From Novosphingobium sp. (GTDB lineage Bacteria; Pseudomonadota; Alphaproteobacteria; Sphingomonadales; Sphingomonadaceae): DNA of 64,000 bases. This document shows, one piece after another, positions 60,094 through 64,000 of this stretch. Under the pieces are notes generated by a model. That model saw only the letters and a program-made list of their open reading frames with translations, had not been told where the DNA came from and searched no databases. The stretch is taken from the NCBI RefSeq assembly GCF_024236215.1, contig NZ_JACKKX010000004.1; one strand, 5' to 3'. The translations under genes were made by a program, and so were the position numbers. The stretch's first letter is position 1, and each line of letters begins with the position of its first letter.

Positions 60094-60846
60094 CTAAACC
60101 AGCGCGAAAAGACGTCCGGCCATGAAGCCCATCGCCACCGAGATCGCCACCGCGATCAGCCCATAGAGGAAGCCGCTATGCTGAGCGAACTGGGCTACTG
60201 CGCGTTCAAAGCCTTGCTTCTTGACCTCGACCCGGCTGATCGCCGAGGCCACTACCCGCCCGCGATTGATGGCGAAGGTTTCGGCGGTGTAGGTGCCGGT
60301 CTGGACGCTGGATGGAAGCGCGATGCGAGCCTGATAGAGCACCTGCTCGCTCACGCTGACACCCTTGAAATCCTGCTTGTAGAGCCCTTCGCGCTGCATC
60401 AGGTCGACCAGACCTGCCGACATGCGGGTCTGCTCCTGGGGATCGTAGGCGCCGATTGGCGAAAGCTGGAGCCAGGGCAACCCCAATTCGTAGATCGCGG
60501 CGGTCTTGTCATCGACCACTTTGTCTATCGGACGCGAGGAGGCAACCGCGAAAAAGGTTGGCGCGGAACGAAATTCGGCGCTTTCGGCATTGACCCAGAC
60601 CCCGGCGATGCGCTGCTTCTCGCGCAGCACGATCGAGCGCGTCGGCCCCTTGAGCACCACCACGATATCGTAATCCTGCCCCGCGCGAGTCCCTTCGGGC
60701 GTAAGGATCGCGCCGAACAGCAGCAGCTCGGTTCCCTTGAAACCCTGCCGTACCTGGATCTCGTGCTGTGAGATTTCCGGCACCAGGATCGGATCGCGCG
60801 CGCCGGTCAGGAACAGCAGCAGGACAAGGGCCACCAGCCGCCTCAC
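60094..60846 (-). CDS. TIGR02186-like alphaproteobacterial exported/membrane protein of unknown function
   Basis: It has a signal peptide, a ~200-aa periplasmic region and one C-terminal TM segment (LYGLIAVAISVAMGFMAG). The GTG start overlaps the TauE stop. The family call is from memory. Confidence 0.55.
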   Translation of the reverse strand: MRRLVALVLLLFLTGARDPILVPEISQHEIQVRQGFKGTELLLFGAILTPEGTRAGQDYDIVVVLKGPTRSIVLREKQRIAGVWVNAESAEFRSAPTFFAVASSRPIDKVVDDKTAAIYELGLPWLQLSPIGAYDPQEQTRMSAGLVDLMQREGLYKQDFKGVSVSEQVLYQARIALPSSVQTGTYTAETFAINRGRVVASAISRVEVKKQGFERAVAQFAQHSGFLYGLIAVAISVAMGFMAGRLFALV

Positions 60847-61757
60847 GATGGCGTCACCGTATAGATTTCGTCGGGCTGCCAGGCCAGACCCAGCGCCAGC
60901 CGCAGCGCGATGATCAGCACCAGCGCAGCGAGCACGAAGCGCAGCCGCTCCGCCGGAACGCGGTCGGCAATCTGCGCCCCGATCTGCGCGCCCGAAACCG
61001 AACCGATCAGCAGCAGCACGGCCAGCACGATATCGACTGCGCGGGTGGTGAGCGCGTGCATCATGGTGGTCGCGGCGGTCACGAACAGTATCTGGAACAG
61101 CGAAGTGCCCACTACCACCCCTGCGCTCATTCCCAGGATGTACAGCATGGCCGGAACCAGCACAAAGCCGCCGCCGATCCCCATCAGCATGGTGAGGATG
61201 CCGGTGAGCATCCCCAGCATCAGCGGCGCCAGCGGCGAAATGTAGAGCCCCGACCGGTAGAAGCGCCAGCGCAGCGGCAGGCTGGCGACCATCGGATGGT
61301 GCCGCCTGCGCGCCGGTGGCAGCGGCGTACCGGCTTTCTGCGCCTTGAGTGCCTGCCAGCTTTCGCGCGCCATTATCGTCCCGATCGAGCCGAGCAATGC
61401 AACGTAGAGCAGGTTGATCACCACGTCGATCTGACCAAGCTGCTGGAGCAGCCGAAACAGCACCGCGCCAATGCCCGTGCCAATGATCCCGCCCGCCACC
61501 AGCACCGCCCCCATCCGGTAGTCGACGCCCCCGCGCCGGGCATGGGCGAAAACCCCGGAAACGCTGGCCCCCGTCACCTGACTGGCGGCAGAAGCAGCGG
61601 CCACCGTGGGAGGTATGCCATAGAAGATCATCAGCGGCGTGGTGAGGAACCCGCCACCGACCCCGAACATGCCCGAAAGGATCCCCGTCAGCGCGCCTAG
61701 CGCGACGATCACCAGGCCGTTGACCGCAAGGTTGGCGATGGGAAGGTAAACGTCCAT
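60843..61757 (-). CDS. TauE/SafE-family anion (sulfite-type) exporter
   Basis: It has 7-8 TM segments and duplicated Gly-rich motifs (GMFGVGGGFLTTP, LMGIGGGFVLVP). Confidence 0.85.
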   Translation of the reverse strand: MDVYLPIANLAVNGLVIVALGALTGILSGMFGVGGGFLTTPLMIFYGIPPTVAAASAASQVTGASVSGVFAHARRGGVDYRMGAVLVAGGIIGTGIGAVLFRLLQQLGQIDVVINLLYVALLGSIGTIMARESWQALKAQKAGTPLPPARRRHHPMVASLPLRWRFYRSGLYISPLAPLMLGMLTGILTMLMGIGGGFVLVPAMLYILGMSAGVVVGTSLFQILFVTAATTMMHALTTRAVDIVLAVLLLIGSVSGAQIGAQIADRVPAERLRFVLAALVLIIALRLALGLAWQPDEIYTVTPS

Positions 61758-61810
61758 TTCTCTGCGATCGGACTAGACCAGCGCGAAGGCAAAAAGAAGG
61801 CCGATTTCCC

Positions 61811-62941
61811 CTAAAATCCGGCGGAAAGCGTCAGGGCCGGGCCGCTGCCGGGCAGCGCCTGCCCAGCGACACGAAAACGCCAGTCCGCCGACAGTCGCCC
61901 GCCGCCCGTACCCAGCGGGAGCGCCAGGGTAGCGGTAGGGCCGACATCGAGACGCCGCGCGCCTTGCTGCGCGCCGCCCCAGGCCCCGGCGCCGGCGCGC
62001 AGTTCCATCCCGCCCAGCTTTGCGAGGGGGCGCTCAAGGCGCGCCTGGCCATCGACAAAGGCGGTGGAACCGCGCCCGCCAACCCAGCCGGCCTGGACAT
62101 AGGCTTCGCCCCGCAGACCAAGCGGCAGTTCAAGCGGCGGAAATTAGCTGACCAGCGCGGCAGCAGGACGCAATTGGATGGCGCCCCCGAGGGTGCGGGT
62201 AGCGCGCGCTTCGGCCATTGCCGCAATCGGCAATCCCCCAAACGGGCGCAGCGCCAATCCGGCAGCAAGTTCCTCGCCTCGGGGCGAGCGCATTGCGCTC
62301 GTAACCCGCAGATAGGCCACCGGGCGCGCCGGACTCGATGGTGCAAGTTTGTAGCGGACCACGGCACCCAGCTGGCTCGCACCGTAAGCGCCGCCGGGCC
62401 AGGCAAAGCCGCTAGCCGCCAGACCGTTGCCACCACGCCGCCACAAAATCCAGCCATCGGCGGACCAGCGCGAGGCGGCTGCGGTGCCCGGCCTGCCCGC
62501 CGTCGCTGGCGGGGTTTGCGGCGCACGCAGCATCGCGGGCGGCTGGGGAATTGCCGCCGTCGCCTCGGGCGGAAGCGGCAACAAGGAGAGCCCGGCAAGA
62601 TAGAGCATCTGATGCCCGCCCGCGATGCGCGGCGGGGTGGCAACATGCTCGATCGTCGGCGCCGGCGCGGCAAGCACAGGCATCTGTGGTGCGCGGGCGG
62701 GCAGCGAAGGCTCGGCGGGGCGAGCTGTGGTTGCCGCTTCGGTGGTGGTCGGCGCTGCCCCGGCAAACGCTGCCTCCGGCTTCGCCTTGCCGCGCGCCGT
62801 CGGGGCCGCAACGTCTTGCGCCAGCCTTTGGGGCGGCGCTTCTGGGCCTGTCCACAGCGCCGCGCGCACCGAAACCCAGCAGGTCAGGACCAGCACCAAG
62901 GCCAGCACCGGCTGGCCACGCCGGGCGCGGGCCCGGCTCAC
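61811..62941 (-). pseudogene. barrel-like exported protein (N-terminal anchor, Ala/Pro-rich linker, C-terminal beta-rich domain ending in Phe) interrupted by one in-frame TAA
   Basis: ORFs 62144..62941 and 61811..62008 share a frame. I translated 62143..62009 and found no other stop: ..AALVS*FPPLELPLGLRGEAYVQAGWVGGRGSTAFVDGQARLERPLAKLGGMELRAG... The TAA is at 62144-62146. Confidence 0.5.
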
Positions 62942-64000
62942 GTCCGCAGCTCCGCAGAGCGGGCGAAGGCAGGGTGGGTGCTATGCACGGTCTTGTCCCA
63001 GGTGACTGGGCGCCCGCTGAGCGAGCGGAGATAGGCCGCCAGCGCCCGGCGACCCGACATGATCGCAATGACATTGGCCACCGGGATCCGCAGCACTGCA
63101 TGCAGCCCCTGGGCAAGGCCGTATTCGCGCGCCGTGAACAGCACCCGCAGCACTGCCCGCCAGATGAAGCCGAACATCGCCGCACTGACCAGCAGCCGGA
63201 CCGCACCACTCGTCTCCAGCCGCACCGGCAGGCCAGCCACATGCCCGCCGATCAGCACCGCATCGATCACCAGCAAAAGATAGGCTGCGGCCAGGACCAG
63301 CGCGGTAAGCGGCCCGCGCCGGTCGCGCAGCGCCATCCACAGTTCGATTGGATGCGACGACCAGCCCAGCCGATCCCAGGCCTGAAAGGCGATTCCGTGG
63401 ACCCAGCGGGTCTTCTGGCGCACTGCGGTTTCGAGCTCGGTGGGAAAGTGGCTGCCGGTTGCCACCAGCCGGCCTTCGCAATCGCGCAGGCGCAGGAAGG
63501 TGCTCCCCCGGCCCATTCCCGACAGCTCGATCCCCAGTTCATAGTCCTCGGTCAGGCATTCGGGCGCGAAGGGGCCCGCCTCTCCCTCTGCGCGGCGGCG
63601 TTCAGCCAGCGCGGTCAGCGCACCCCGGGCAAAACCGCAGCCCACGCCTGCCGCCGGGATCGCCGCGCCAAGGGCAGAGCGCACCACCATTGCCTTGGCG
63701 TGGGATTCAGCGAATTCGTCCGCATAGTGCCCCGCCACCCAGGGCGAATGCGGCTGTTCGGCAGGCCGCACCGGCAGCTGCACGAAATCGTGACTGCCAA
63801 GCGCCGCGTCGATCGCCTGCAACGCGGCGGGATGGACCATGTCTTCGGCATCGTGGAGCACGACCGAGCGGTACGGGCGGTAAGCGCGTCGCTCGTCGGC
63901 GCACAGCGCGTGGTCTGAGCCCGCAGTTTCTACCAACTACGAGTAGAGCCTTGGGCCGTTTTGATGCCCTTCGCTGGGCGTGATGGCAACAACCGTATTG
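62938..64000 (-). pseudogene. processive family-2 glycosyltransferase (NfrB/BcsA-like) with an in-frame TAG; the 5' end lies beyond the window
   Basis: It has the VVLHDAEDMVHP (DxD region) and VRQKTRW (QxxRW) motifs and C-terminal TM helices. The in-frame translation continues upstream of the TAG at 63937-63939 (..VVAITPSEGHQNGPRLYS*LVETAG..). Confidence 0.55.

Noticed and set aside
63925-64000. An apparent compositional break at the right window edge, first read as an IS or foreign-DNA junction truncating the GT2 gene. The sequence GGCTCTACTCGTAG loosely resembles IS terminal repeats.
   Set aside because: The in-frame translation upstream of the TAG still looks like the glycosyltransferase (VVAITP..NGP at the expected distance from HDAED). 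An internal stop explains the pattern better than an insertion boundary. There is too little sequence to exclude a junction completely.

Overview
This is a densely coding, high-GC chromosomal segment of about two-thirds G+C. It looks alphaproteobacterial and Sphingomonadales-like, judging by an alpha-specific TIGR02186-type gene, an ATP12 chaperone, many TonB-dependent receptors and the gene order. I support about 60 genes and saw no rRNA, tRNA, CRISPR array, transposase, integrase or phage gene.

Layout:
- 1-1.4 kb: a partial FAD oxidoreductase and an alpha/beta hydrolase.
- 1.5-8.7 kb: a Tad/Cpa pilus locus, cpaABCDE-tadBC, with no cpaF ATPase and no flp pilin gene.
- 8.8-15.3 kb: eight co-directional minus-strand genes (thiolase, SDR, enoyl-CoA hydratase, TetR, mtnP, maiA, MarR, FAH hydrolase).
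- 15.6-23.9 kb: two paralogous TonB-dependent receptors bracketing a cytoplasmic TPR-sulfotransferase.
- 23.9-26.5 kb: clpB.
- 26.7-41 kb: a run of exported proteins (two tandem DUF4139-like proteins, two ~950-aa M16 peptidases flanking an Ntn acylase, a small Met-rich protein, and an M48/TPR protease between two unknown exported proteins).
- 41-44.7 kb: gatCAB, with a ~50% GC 114-codon ORF packed between gatA and gatB.
- 44.7-58.3 kb: housekeeping genes (FKBP, rpsU, OlsA/OlsB-like acyltransferases, crcB-rluC-paiB-HAD-small ORF-ATP12, an MCE/Mla-like ABC system, valS, queE).
- 58.3-61.8 kb: an orphan HerA-like ATPase with a TIGR02186-like gene and a TauE gene.
- 61.8-64 kb: a processive GT2 glycosyltransferase and a barrel-like gene, each carrying one in-frame stop codon.

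Best candidates for uncharacterised biology:
- the receptor/TPR-sulfotransferase/receptor module;
- the exported hydrolase island;
- the low-GC ORF inside gatCAB;
- the partner-less HerA-like ATPase.

All functional calls come from motif recognition in the supplied translations. No database search was possible.
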